From Acidimicrobiia bacterium (GTDB lineage: Bacteria > Actinomycetota > Acidimicrobiia > Spongiisociales > ZC4RG35): a DNA stretch of 64,000 nucleotides. The stretch lies in contig OZ244034.1 of NCBI GenBank assembly GCA_965215185.1, positions 128,001-192,000 on the forward strand, in the 5' to 3' direction. Below are positions 46,757-56,269 of the stretch, in pieces. Below the pieces are notes generated by a model. That model made no database searches. It was given only the letters and a program-made list of their open reading frames with translations, and had not been told where the DNA came from. A program made the translations under genes and the position numbers. Each line of letters starts with the position of its first letter. Position 1 is the first letter of the stretch.

Positions 46757-47885
46757 TGGCGAGGAACTTTTCGGGTCACTGATCCGCTTCGCCCAACATC
46801 TGCGAACCCACGGTTTCACGGTGGGACCGGGTCGGATTCTGTCTTTCTGCCGGGCGGCGGCCCAACTCGATCCCACCGATCCGGCTGACTTGTACTGGGC
46901 AGGCCGGCTGACCCTGGTGGATGACCATCGCAGGTTCGCCGACTACGACCGGGCTTTCGCCGAGTGGTTCTCTCGTTCCGAGCAGGAGCCCTCCACTCGC
47001 CCGGGAGAGTTCACATTCGGAGGATGGGACGATGAGGCAGCGCCTATCGGAACGCAGACGGTTGCGACTACCCAAGAGGTCTCGGTGGTTGACCCTTCCG
47101 AGGACGGCGCCAGCTCCAGTGGCCCAACGGCTTCCGAAGACGAGATCCTCAAGGAAAAGCGGTTTGATCACTGGAGCGAGGAAGACCTGCGTCGGCTTCA
47201 CCAGTTGGTGGCCGGGATAGCGGTGAACCTGCCCAAGCGGGTGGTGCGGCGCACCCGGCCGGGACCAAGAGGACGCATCGATTTACGGAGAACCGTACGC
47301 CGTTCACTGCGCAGTGACGGCGAACCCTTTCACAGGGCGTTTCGTCGCCGACGGATCAAGCCCCGCCAACTGGTGATGATCCTCGACATCTCGGGGTCCA
47401 TGGCCGGATTCTCCCGACCGCTGCTCCACTTCGCCTATGCCACCCATCGCGCTGCCCACGGGGTTGAAGTGTTCTGTTTCGGAACCAGGCTCACCCGGAT
47501 AACCCCTCAGCTTCGCTGGCGCGATCCCAATCGCTCGATTGAAGAAGCCGCATCCCGGGTGGTGGATTGGGAGAGCGGCACGCGGATCGGCGAGTCGCTC
47601 ACCGAGTACGTGCGGCGCTACGGCCCCGACTCCCGCAATCGGGGGTCGGTGGTACTGATCTGCTCGGACGGCCTGGAAAGAGGGAGCCCCGAGGTTCTGG
47701 GGTCGGCGATGGCCCGCCTGTCCCGGCAAGCGCACCGGGTGATATGGGTGAATCCCCTGATGGGAGACCCCGGATTTCGCCCTCTGACCAGGGGACTGAT
47801 AGCTTCCCTTCCCCATATCGACTCCATGTTGCCGGGGCACAACCTGGCTGCCTTGGATCAAATGGCCGGGTTGTTGGCTGAATAA
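46749..47885 (+). CDS. coxE: vWA-domain protein (CoxE-like)
   Basis: MIDAS DISGSM, FGTRLTRIT, GTRIG, SDGLERG and WVNPL. TTG start at 46749. Confidence 0.88.
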   Translation: MNDGEELFGSLIRFAQHLRTHGFTVGPGRILSFCRAAAQLDPTDPADLYWAGRLTLVDDHRRFADYDRAFAEWFSRSEQEPSTRPGEFTFGGWDDEAAPIGTQTVATTQEVSVVDPSEDGASSSGPTASEDEILKEKRFDHWSEEDLRRLHQLVAGIAVNLPKRVVRRTRPGPRGRIDLRRTVRRSLRSDGEPFHRAFRRRRIKPRQLVMILDISGSMAGFSRPLLHFAYATHRAAHGVEVFCFGTRLTRITPQLRWRDPNRSIEEAASRVVDWESGTRIGESLTEYVRRYGPDSRNRGSVVLICSDGLERGSPEVLGSAMARLSRQAHRVIWVNPLMGDPGFRPLTRGLIASLPHIDSMLPGHNLAALDQMAGLLAE

Positions 47886-47959
47886 ATCTCTCTGAGCGGA
47901 CTTCCTGCGGAGCGCACCTCTATATTTGGCGTGCAAGACTTACGCGAGATGGGAGAGCG

Positions 47960-48823
47960 ATGAAACCCGCAACTTTCGAATACCACGCTCCCGAATCTGT
48001 CGACGACGCGGCCGGACTGTTAAGCAGCCATGAGGACGCCAAGGTGCTGGCCGGAGGCCAGAGCCTGGTCCCCATGATGAGCTTCCGACTGGCCAGGCCC
48101 GCACGCATCGTCGACATCAACGGGATTTGTGACCTTGATTACATCCGATGCAATGGGGGTGACCTGCAAATCGGGGCCACGGCCCGGCAGACCGCGGTGG
48201 AAGAATCCTCCGAAGTGGCCACCCATGCCCCGCTCCTGGTGGCCGCCACCGGCTATGTGGGCCATCGGGCGATCCGCAACCGCGGGACCCTGGCGGGAAG
48301 CCTGGCGCACAACGACCCGGCCTCGGAATACCCGGCGGTACTGATGGCTTTGGGCGCCTCCGTCACCGCAGTCTCCTCCGGGGGATCCAGGGTGCTGTCC
48401 GTGGAAGATCTGGTCAGGGGGCACTTCCTCTCGACTGCACTTGGACCCGATGAACTAATCACCGAGATCTCGGTTCCCGCCCAATCCGGCGGTTACGGTT
48501 TTGCCGAGTTCTCCCGTCGCCACGGGGACTTCGCCATAGCCGGCGCGGCGGTGGTGGTGAGTATGAACGGAGACTCGGTGGAATCGGCTTCCATCACCGC
48601 TTTCGGAGGGACGCAGCCCGCCCGTCTGGACGAAGCGGAAGCGGTCCTGGCCGGTACCGATGGAGGGGCCGCCGCTGTGGCGGAGGCCGCCGCCCGGGCC
48701 GCTGCCCAGTTCCCTACCACCGACGACATTCACGGAAGCGCCGACTACCGGCGCAATTTGATCGATGTGCTCACCCGACGGGGGTTGCAGCAGGCGATCG
48801 CCCACGCTCAGGAGGTGGAATGA
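47960..48823 (+). CDS. CoxM-like FAD-binding subunit of a Mo hydroxylase
   Basis: MKPATFEY, LAGGQSL.PMM..RLA.P, IRNRGT..GS and RRHGDFA. Confidence 0.93.
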   Translation: MKPATFEYHAPESVDDAAGLLSSHEDAKVLAGGQSLVPMMSFRLARPARIVDINGICDLDYIRCNGGDLQIGATARQTAVEESSEVATHAPLLVAATGYVGHRAIRNRGTLAGSLAHNDPASEYPAVLMALGASVTAVSSGGSRVLSVEDLVRGHFLSTALGPDELITEISVPAQSGGYGFAEFSRRHGDFAIAGAAVVVSMNGDSVESASITAFGGTQPARLDEAEAVLAGTDGGAAAVAEAAARAAAQFPTTDDIHGSADYRRNLIDVLTRRGLQQAIAHAQEVE

Positions 48824-49305
48824 TGGCCCAAGTGGCGATAACGCTCAACGTGAACGGAAGAAACCAAACCACTTTGGCTGAACCCAGGGAGATCCTGGCC
48901 GATGTGCTGCGAGACCAACTGGGACTCACCGGTACCCATTTGGGGTGCGAACACGGGGTGTGCGGGGCGTGCACCGTTCTCCTGGACGGAGAGATGGTGC
49001 GTTCTTGCCTGCTCTTTGCCGTACAAGTCCAGGGTGCCGAGATCACCACCATCGAAGGTTTGGAACAAGATGGCGAGCTTCATCCCATGCAGAAGGCCTT
49101 CTCGGAGTACCACGGTTTGCAATGCGGGTTCTGCACTCCGGGAATGATCCTGGCCGGAGTGGATCTGTTGAAGCGCAATTCTGATCCCACAGCCCAAGAA
49201 GTGCGGGATGACATGGGCGGAAACATCTGCCGCTGCACCGGATACCAGAAGATCGTCGAATCGGTGCTGGGTGCGGCTAGGGAAATGAACGAGGTGACAT
49301 CATGA
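48820..49305 (+). CDS. CoxS-like [2Fe-2S] subunit
   Basis: GCEHGVCGACTV, QCGFCTPG and NICRCTGY. Confidence 0.95.
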   Translation: MMAQVAITLNVNGRNQTTLAEPREILADVLRDQLGLTGTHLGCEHGVCGACTVLLDGEMVRSCLLFAVQVQGAEITTIEGLEQDGELHPMQKAFSEYHGLQCGFCTPGMILAGVDLLKRNSDPTAQEVRDDMGGNICRCTGYQKIVESVLGAAREMNEVTS

Positions 49306-51668
49306 CCACCACCCAATGGATCGGCGCGCGTGCGCCGCGGCGGGAGGACCCGGCTCTGATCAGGGGACGGGGCCGTTTCATAGCCGACATAAAACTGCAC
49401 GGGACCCTGCACATGGCAATACTGCGCAGCCCCTACGGCCATGCCCGTATCAACTCGGTGGACGCCTCCGAGGCCAGAGCAATGGACGGCGTTCACATGG
49501 TCATTACTCCCGACGACATCCCCGATCACATCACCCCTTTCCCGGTGGTCTGGAGGCTGCCGGGCCAAAAGGATTCATGCACTCCTGCCCTAGCGGTCGG
49601 CAAGGTCCGCTATGTGGGCGAGCCGGTGGCGGCGGTGGTGGCCGAATCCCGGTATCTGGCCGAAGACGCTCTCGACGGCATCGATGTCGACTACGAGCCC
49701 CTCGATGCGGTGACCAACGCCGAGGCGGCCTTGGACGAGGGCGCCCCGGTAATCAACGAGGAGTGGGGCGACAACGTCGCAGTACACCATGTTTTTGCGG
49801 GATACAACGCTCTGGGCGTGTGCGGATACGAGCCCGAGGTTTTCGACAATGCCGATGAGATAGTCCGGGGCAGGTTCACCATCGGGCGCCACTCGGGTAT
49901 CCCGCTGGAGACCCGGGGCATTGTGGCCGACTGGGACGAGGTCCACGGACGGCTCACTGTTCATTCCGAGTCGCAGGTGGCTAGCTTGTTCCGCACGGAA
50001 CTGGCCGCCTCGCTGGGTCTTCCCGAGACCGCGGTCCGGGTGCTCACCCCCAACATGGGCGGAGGGTTCGGCAATAAGTGGGACCGCTACCCCGAGGATC
50101 TGTTGGTCAGCATTGCCAGCATGGAACTGGGCAAGCCCGTCAAATGGATCGGTGACCGGCGCGAGGGCCTGATGGCCACCGTGCACGGCCGGGGGCAGAT
50201 CCAGGAGTGGGAGATGGCTCTGAACAGCGACGGAACCATCCTGGGACTGCGAGGCAAGGTCATCAACGACCTGGGCGCCCATCTGCACAGCGTCGGAATA
50301 GGCCCGGCTTGGGTGACCGGCGCAGCCGCGCCTAACCAGTACCGGATCACCAACTATTACTGCGATGTGATAGCGGCTGCCACCAACAAGACCCCAGTCA
50401 GCACCTTCCGAGGTTTCGGCGGACCCGAGGGAATTTTCGGGACTGAGCGGATGGTGGACAAAGCGGCGCGCCAGCTGGGCATCGACCCGGCTGAACTGCG
50501 GCGCAAGAACCTGATCCAGCCCGACGAGTTCCCCTGGTTCAACGCGGCCGGCGCCGTCTATGACTCCGGCAACTTCCCGGCCTGTCTGGAAAAGGCGCTG
50601 GAAGCAGCCGATTACGACCGGCTCCGAGGGGAGCAGAAGGAACTGCGCGAGCAGGGCATTTACCGGGGAATCGGCATCTCCAGTTACATCCATGTCTCGG
50701 GCTTCGGGCCCTCGCCCATCCTGGGGTATCTCGGCTACTACACGGGCGGTTACGAAGGTTCCACGATCAAGATCGACCCGAACGGAAAGGCCACTGTCTA
50801 CACGGGGATGATCCCCATGGGACAGGGAACCGAGACCACCTTGGCGCAGGTTGCGGCTCACCATCTGGAGATCGACATGGCCGACGTCCGGGTGGTGTGG
50901 GGCGACACCGATCAGACTCCCTACACCGGGTTCGGCTCGGCAGGCAGCCGCTCCAATGTCGCGGCGGTGGCAGTGATCAAGGCCATTGAGGAGATCAAGG
51001 CCAAGGCGGTCCGCATCGGAGCGGGAATGCTGGAGGCAGATACCGAAGACGTGCAGTACACCGACGGCATGGTCTCGGTGAAAGGCGCCGAGGAAATGCG
51101 TTCGGTCAGCCTGGCGCAGGTCGCCCAACAAGCCTATTGGGCGCATGCCCTTCCCGAGGGCGACCAGCCCTTCCTGGAGGCCACTTACGTATACGACCCG
51201 CCCAACTTCACCACTGCCTCGGGTTGCCATCTAGTGGTGTTGGATGTCGACACCCAGACCGGCAAGATCACCTGGCAGAATTATGTGGTGGTGGATGACT
51301 GCGGACCGGTGATCAACCCGCTGCTGGTGGAAGGACAGATCCAGGGCGGCATAGCTCAGGCTTTGGGCGGCGCCGTCTTGGAAGAGTTCGTGTACGACGA
51401 GGACGGCCAGTTGCTCACCGCCTCCTTGATGGACTACCTGCTGCCTTCTTTCACCGACGTTCCCGACTTCGAGATTCATCATGTGGTTACCCCCTCTCCT
51501 CACACCGAAGGGGGCTTCAAGGGCATGGGCGAGGCCGGCACCTTCCCGCCGGGTGCGGCGGTGGCCAACGCGGTCACCGACGCTCTCAGCCATCTGGGAG
51601 TGGAGGCCGATGAGCTTCCCATCACTCCCAGTCGGCTCTGGAACCTCATCAGGGAGGCCACCGGGTAA
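49302..51668 (+). CDS. CoxL-like molybdopterin subunit (not form I CO dehydrogenase)
   Basis: RREDP, PLETRG, MGGGFG.K, GQG.ET, GSRS and KGMGEAG. Active-site loop is STFRGFGGPE rather than AYxCSFR. Confidence 0.9.
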   Translation: MTTTQWIGARAPRREDPALIRGRGRFIADIKLHGTLHMAILRSPYGHARINSVDASEARAMDGVHMVITPDDIPDHITPFPVVWRLPGQKDSCTPALAVGKVRYVGEPVAAVVAESRYLAEDALDGIDVDYEPLDAVTNAEAALDEGAPVINEEWGDNVAVHHVFAGYNALGVCGYEPEVFDNADEIVRGRFTIGRHSGIPLETRGIVADWDEVHGRLTVHSESQVASLFRTELAASLGLPETAVRVLTPNMGGGFGNKWDRYPEDLLVSIASMELGKPVKWIGDRREGLMATVHGRGQIQEWEMALNSDGTILGLRGKVINDLGAHLHSVGIGPAWVTGAAAPNQYRITNYYCDVIAAATNKTPVSTFRGFGGPEGIFGTERMVDKAARQLGIDPAELRRKNLIQPDEFPWFNAAGAVYDSGNFPACLEKALEAADYDRLRGEQKELREQGIYRGIGISSYIHVSGFGPSPILGYLGYYTGGYEGSTIKIDPNGKATVYTGMIPMGQGTETTLAQVAAHHLEIDMADVRVVWGDTDQTPYTGFGSAGSRSNVAAVAVIKAIEEIKAKAVRIGAGMLEADTEDVQYTDGMVSVKGAEEMRSVSLAQVAQQAYWAHALPEGDQPFLEATYVYDPPNFTTASGCHLVVLDVDTQTGKITWQNYVVVDDCGPVINPLLVEGQIQGGIAQALGGAVLEEFVYDEDGQLLTASLMDYLLPSFTDVPDFEIHHVVTPSPHTEGGFKGMGEAGTFPPGAAVANAVTDALSHLGVEADELPITPSRLWNLIREATG

Positions 51669-51673
51669 GCGCG

Positions 51674-52432
51674 ATGGATACTCAGCTAACCGGCAAGGTG
51701 GCCCTGGTCACCGGAGCCAGCCAGGGCATTGGCCGCGCCATCGCCATAGCCCTTGCCCAGGAAGGCGCTCAGGTGGCGTTGATGGCGCGCAACCGCCAGG
51801 GCCTGGAGGAGACCCTGGAGTTGATCGGAGGGTCGGGCATGATCATGCCCTGCGATGTGACCGACCCTCCGGCGGTGCGGCAGGCGGTTGAAGATGTGGT
51901 GTCGGCGTTGGGAGGACTGGATGTGGTGGTTAACAACGCCGGCCAACGACAGAACTTCAAGACACTGGACAAGCTGTCCATCGAGGAGTGGAGGAAGGTG
52001 GTCGAGGCCAACCTCTCGTCGGTTTTCTACGTCACCAACGCCGCCGCGCCTCATCTGATCGAGCAGCGATCGGGCGCGGTGGTGAATGTGTCCTCCATCG
52101 CTGGTCCGTTCGCCTTTCCCACCATCGGGTCCTACAGCGCCGCCAAGGCGGGAGTGATCGGCCTCACCAAAACCATGGCCGCCGAGTGGGCCGAGTTCGG
52201 GGTGAGGGTCAACTCGGTGGCGCCGGGATGGACAGAATCTCCGATGAATGTCGAGTTGCGCACCGACCCCGGAAACGCCGAACTCTTGGCGACGATAACG
52301 TCCAAGATTCCCCTGGGCCGTTTCGCCTCAGGTACCGAGATAGCCCAGGCTGTGGTCTTCCTGGCAGGCGCCACCGGCAGCTACATCACCGGTGAGACGT
52401 TAATGGTGGACGGCGGCTGGGGCATGGTCTAG
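51674..52432 (+). CDS. Short-chain dehydrogenase/reductase (copy 1)
   Basis: TGASQGIG, NNAG and YSAAK. Confidence 0.93.
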   Translation: MDTQLTGKVALVTGASQGIGRAIAIALAQEGAQVALMARNRQGLEETLELIGGSGMIMPCDVTDPPAVRQAVEDVVSALGGLDVVVNNAGQRQNFKTLDKLSIEEWRKVVEANLSSVFYVTNAAAPHLIEQRSGAVVNVSSIAGPFAFPTIGSYSAAKAGVIGLTKTMAAEWAEFGVRVNSVAPGWTESPMNVELRTDPGNAELLATITSKIPLGRFASGTEIAQAVVFLAGATGSYITGETLMVDGGWGMV

Positions 52433-52446
52433 TAGAAGGTCGGATC

Positions 52447-53739
52447 TTGCCTGACAAATCACAAATCCTGGCTGCCCTGGATCGGGAGTTGGCGCAATAC
52501 CGCCGAGCCAATCCCCGCTCGGTGGAATTATCCCGCCGGGCACAGAAGGTGTTGCCGGGCGGCACCACCCGCACCACCACCTACTTTCCACCCTTCCCTC
52601 CCTTCCAAGTGCGCGGAGAGGGGTGCCACATCTTCGATGTGGACGGCAATCGACGGGTCGACTACCTCAACAACTACACCTCTCTGATCTGCGGCCACGC
52701 CCATCCTCACATCCTGAAGGCCGCCCAGGAAGCTGCGGACGGGGGTACCGCCTTCGCGGCGCCAACAGAGTACGAGGTGCGGCTGGCGGAGGTGTTGTGC
52801 GAGCGGGTTGCCTCTGTGGAATTGGTGCGATTCACCAATTCAGGAACCGAGGCGACCATGGCCGCCTTGCGGGTGGCCCGCGCCTATACCGGACGGTCCA
52901 AGATCGGTCGTTTCGAGGGCAGCTACCACGGGACGCACGACTACACAACCACTCCGGGGCCAGGGGTTCCCCAAGAAATATCAGGGTTGGTCGTCGATCT
53001 TCCTTACAACGATTTCGAGGGATGCCGGAAGATTCTGGATGAGGTGGGCGAAGAACTGGCTGCCATCATAGTGGAGCCGGTGTTGGGCGCCTCGGGGGTC
53101 ATCCCCGCCCAGCGTAACTTCTTGACCTTCCTCCGTTCGGCCACCACTGCCTTCGGGTCGGTGCTGATCTTTGACGAAGTGCAAACCCTGCGGCTGCACC
53201 CAGGAGGCGCCGAGGCCATCTACGAGGTCCGTCCCGACCTGAGCACCTTCGCCAAGATCATCGGCGGCGGTTTCCCGGTGGGCGCCTTCGGGGGAGCCGG
53301 CGAGATCATGCAGATCCTGCACCCCGTTTCAGGAGACATCTCGTGGGGAGGCACCTTCAACGGCAACCCGGTGACCGCCGCGGCTGGCATCGCCTGCTTG
53401 GAGATGCTCACCGACCAGGTGATCGCCGACCTGAACCTCACGGGGGAATACGCCATCGCCGGGATAAACGGGGCCTTCGCATCCGGTGGCCTGCCCGGCC
53501 AAGCCACCGGATTGGGATCGCTTTTCAACCTCCATCCAACCTCCGAGCCGATCACCGATGTCCACGCAGTAAACCGGGTGGATCCCGACCTTCGACGCCT
53601 ATTCCACATCGGCCTGCTCAACCGCGGCTTCTATCTATCTGCACGTGGCACGGCCTGTCTCTCAACGCCCATGACCACCGCCCATGTCGATAACCTGATC
53701 TCCGCTACCGGCGACGTCATTGAGGGCGTCTTCGGATAA
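52447..53739 (+). CDS. Class III aminotransferase (GSA-aminomutase-like, beta-amino acid transaminase type)
   Basis: LPGGTTR, FTNSGTEA, SYHG, FDEVQ, AKIIGGG and GGTFNGNP. Confidence 0.88.
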   Translation: MPDKSQILAALDRELAQYRRANPRSVELSRRAQKVLPGGTTRTTTYFPPFPPFQVRGEGCHIFDVDGNRRVDYLNNYTSLICGHAHPHILKAAQEAADGGTAFAAPTEYEVRLAEVLCERVASVELVRFTNSGTEATMAALRVARAYTGRSKIGRFEGSYHGTHDYTTTPGPGVPQEISGLVVDLPYNDFEGCRKILDEVGEELAAIIVEPVLGASGVIPAQRNFLTFLRSATTAFGSVLIFDEVQTLRLHPGGAEAIYEVRPDLSTFAKIIGGGFPVGAFGGAGEIMQILHPVSGDISWGGTFNGNPVTAAAGIACLEMLTDQVIADLNLTGEYAIAGINGAFASGGLPGQATGLGSLFNLHPTSEPITDVHAVNRVDPDLRRLFHIGLLNRGFYLSARGTACLSTPMTTAHVDNLISATGDVIEGVFG

Positions 53740-53906
53740 GTTTGCACGTATTGCCGGGATGGCATTGCCCAAAGGTCTCTTGCCACGGTCAATGCGGCGC
53801 CACTCTTGTGTGACTAGCCCCCGGGTCAACGGCCCCGACTCAGGTCGGGCTGCTTCTTGTCAGGGTCTTCTCAGACAATCCTGAACATGGCAGAGCCCTG
53901 CTTCGG

Positions 53907-55310
53907 TCAGGTGATCCGGTCGGAGGCCAAATCTGTGGAGGGGCGGCGTCTTAAGAACCGGCCCATGCCGGCCCGACCGACGAACTTCCCGCTCCTGGCC
54001 ACGGTCTCACCCCTCAGCAGGACTGTTTCCGGAACACCGCTCAGGGTCCAACCCTCATAAGGGTTATAGTCGCAGTTGGTCACCTGGGCCTCGGCCGTGA
54101 GGGTCTGTTCCCGTTCGGGATCGAATATCACCAGGTCGGCATCCGACCCGAGGGCGATTTCACCCTTTTGGGGATAGAGTCCGAACATCCGGGCCGCGTT
54201 GGTGGAGGTGATCTCCACCCAGCGATTGAGGGAGATTCTGTTCTGCAGCACTCCGAAGTGGTAAAGCAGGCTCATCCTCCACTCCACCCCCGGCATCCCG
54301 TTGGGGATCTTGGAGAAATCCCCTCTCCCCATTTCCTTCTGGCCCGAGAAATTGAACGGGGCGTGGTCGGTGGAGACCAGTTGCAAGTCACCGGAGGACA
54401 ATCCCTCCCACAGCGGTTCTTGGTGGGAAACGGGCCGCAGTGGAGGAGAGCAGACGTACTTCGCCCCTTCGAATCCCGGTGCTCGGAGAGCCTCATCGCA
54501 GAGCAGCAGATAGTGAGGGCAGGTCTCCGCGTAGACGGGCAGTCCCCGTCGACGGGCCCTTCGGACCGCCTGCAATGATTCCGCGGCGGAGAGATGCACT
54601 ACGTACACGGGCACCTGGGCGATCTCGGCCAGGGCGATGGCCCGGAAGGTGGCCTCCCCTTCCACAGTGGAAGGCCGGGTGAGAGCGTGGTTGATCGGAT
54701 CGGTCCGTCTGGCGGCCAGCGCCTGCTGGATGAGCACTTCGATGGCGGGCCCGTTTTCGCAATGAAGCATCACCAGGCCCCCGTTGTCTCGGGTCCACTG
54801 CAGGGCGCGCAGAATGGCGCCGTCGTCCAGCATCAGGGCATTGGGATATGCCATGAACAGCTTAAAGCTGGATATCCCTTCTTCGATCAACTTGCCCAAG
54901 GAAGGCAGGTAGGCGTCTCGGAGATCGGTGATGATCTGGTGAAAGGCCCAGTCCACGGCGGTTTTGCCCTCCGATCTTCCGAACCACTCCTCCAGAGACA
55001 CCCGGGGGTCTTCTCCCCGGTTCTGGGTGGGAAAGTCGATGATGGTGGTGGTGCCTCCCGCCGCCGCCGCGGCGGTGCCAGTGAAAAAGTCGTCAGATCC
55101 GATAGTGTCGGCCGACGGCAGGTCAAAGTGAGTGTGAGGGTCGATACCCCCCGGGATCACCAACTTTCCGGAGGCCTGAAGCACCTGGTCGGCGGGAAAG
55201 TCGACCAGATTCCCCATCCTGATGATCTTCCCATCCTCAATGAGGATGTCCTCTTTGACATCACGGGAGGCGGTTATCACCCTCCCGCCCCTAATCAGTG
55301 TGGTGCTCAC
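53907..55310 (-). CDS. hydA: Dihydropyrimidinase / D-hydantoinase (copy 2)
   Basis: Same length (467 aa) and all metal-ligand motifs as copy 1. Confidence 0.94.
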   Translation of the reverse strand: MSTTLIRGGRVITASRDVKEDILIEDGKIIRMGNLVDFPADQVLQASGKLVIPGGIDPHTHFDLPSADTIGSDDFFTGTAAAAAGGTTTIIDFPTQNRGEDPRVSLEEWFGRSEGKTAVDWAFHQIITDLRDAYLPSLGKLIEEGISSFKLFMAYPNALMLDDGAILRALQWTRDNGGLVMLHCENGPAIEVLIQQALAARRTDPINHALTRPSTVEGEATFRAIALAEIAQVPVYVVHLSAAESLQAVRRARRRGLPVYAETCPHYLLLCDEALRAPGFEGAKYVCSPPLRPVSHQEPLWEGLSSGDLQLVSTDHAPFNFSGQKEMGRGDFSKIPNGMPGVEWRMSLLYHFGVLQNRISLNRWVEITSTNAARMFGLYPQKGEIALGSDADLVIFDPEREQTLTAEAQVTNCDYNPYEGWTLSGVPETVLLRGETVARSGKFVGRAGMGRFLRRRPSTDLASDRIT

Positions 55311-55334
55311 CCAAGCCTCCTTCAGCTTTTGCTT

Positions 55335-55344
55335 CTAGCCTATT
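55335..55344 (-). promoter_or_regulatory. Putative -10 element (TAGGCT) of hydA copy 2
   Basis: 10-mer identical to 45815-45824. Confidence 0.55.
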
Positions 55345-55469
55345 AAAACATGTTGCCGAGCAGATCTCATCCGAGAATGCAGCCGGGTCCACGTAGGTGC
55401 GAAATGTTGGGAAAAGCGTGTTCCTCCCAAGTTGACCCATCTGTCCCGATATCGGAGGCCAAGTAGCGC

Positions 55470-56207
55470 ATGGATACCAAACTTGCCGGCAAGGTTGCTT
55501 TGGTCACCGGAGCTGTGGCCCTTGCCCGAGAAGGTACGCAGGTGGCGCTGCTGGCGCGCAGCCGCCCGGGTCTGGAGGAGACGCTGGAGATGATCGGGGG
55601 ATCGAGATCCGGTTTGGTGGTGCCCTGTGACGTGACCGACCCCGGGGCGTTGGCCACCGCAATCGACGGCGCAGTGGCTGAACTGGGCAGACTGGACGTG
55701 GTGATCAACAACGCCGGACAAAGCCAGCACCGTGCCCGGCTGGACCAATTGGAAGCCTCAGAATGGGGAAGGATGATCGAGGTCAATCTCTCATCGGTGT
55801 TCTACGTCACCCGCGTCGCAGTGCAACATCTCATAGAGCAGCGATCGGGATCGGTGGTGAACATTGCTTCCATCTCAGGTCCGCTCGCCATTCCGCGGAT
55901 AGGCGCATACGCTGCTGCCAAAGCTGGGATTATCGGTCTTACCAAGACAATGGCGGCCGAGTGGAGCGAGTGCGGGGTGAGAGTCAATACGGTGGCTCCG
56001 GGATTCATAGAAACACCGATGAATGCCCCGTTCCGCAACGATCCCGCCAATGCCGAGCAACTGGCGACCATCAACTCCAACATTCCCGCCGGACGCCATG
56101 GCTCGCCGGAGGAGGTAGCTCAATCAGTGGTGTTCCTGGCGGGCGCCACCGGCAGCTACATCACCGGCCAGACCCTGATGGTGGACGGCGGCTGGAGCGT
56201 GGTCTAG
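55470..56207 (+). pseudogene. SDR copy 2 with in-frame deletion of the Gly-rich NAD(P)-binding loop
   Basis: VTGAVALAREG versus VTGASQGIGRAIAIALAQEG in copy 1. The rest (NNAG, YAAAK) is intact and the frame is open, so inactivity is inferred. Confidence 0.6.
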
Positions 56208-56269
56208 TTACAAGTACCTAACCATGCCTCAGAACTGACAAAGTAAGACTGCGGTTTATATCGAAGGTA

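Noticed and set aside
49590-51230. Long antisense ORFs (also 15134-16327, 18164-19312, 29168-30673, 36151-37266)
   Set aside because: Expected in high-GC coding DNA. They carry no recognisable motifs and lie opposite well-supported genes.
47960-51668. Aerobic CO dehydrogenase call
   Set aside because: The Cu-binding AYxCSFR motif is absent. coxD/coxE-like genes also accompany other Mo hydroxylases.
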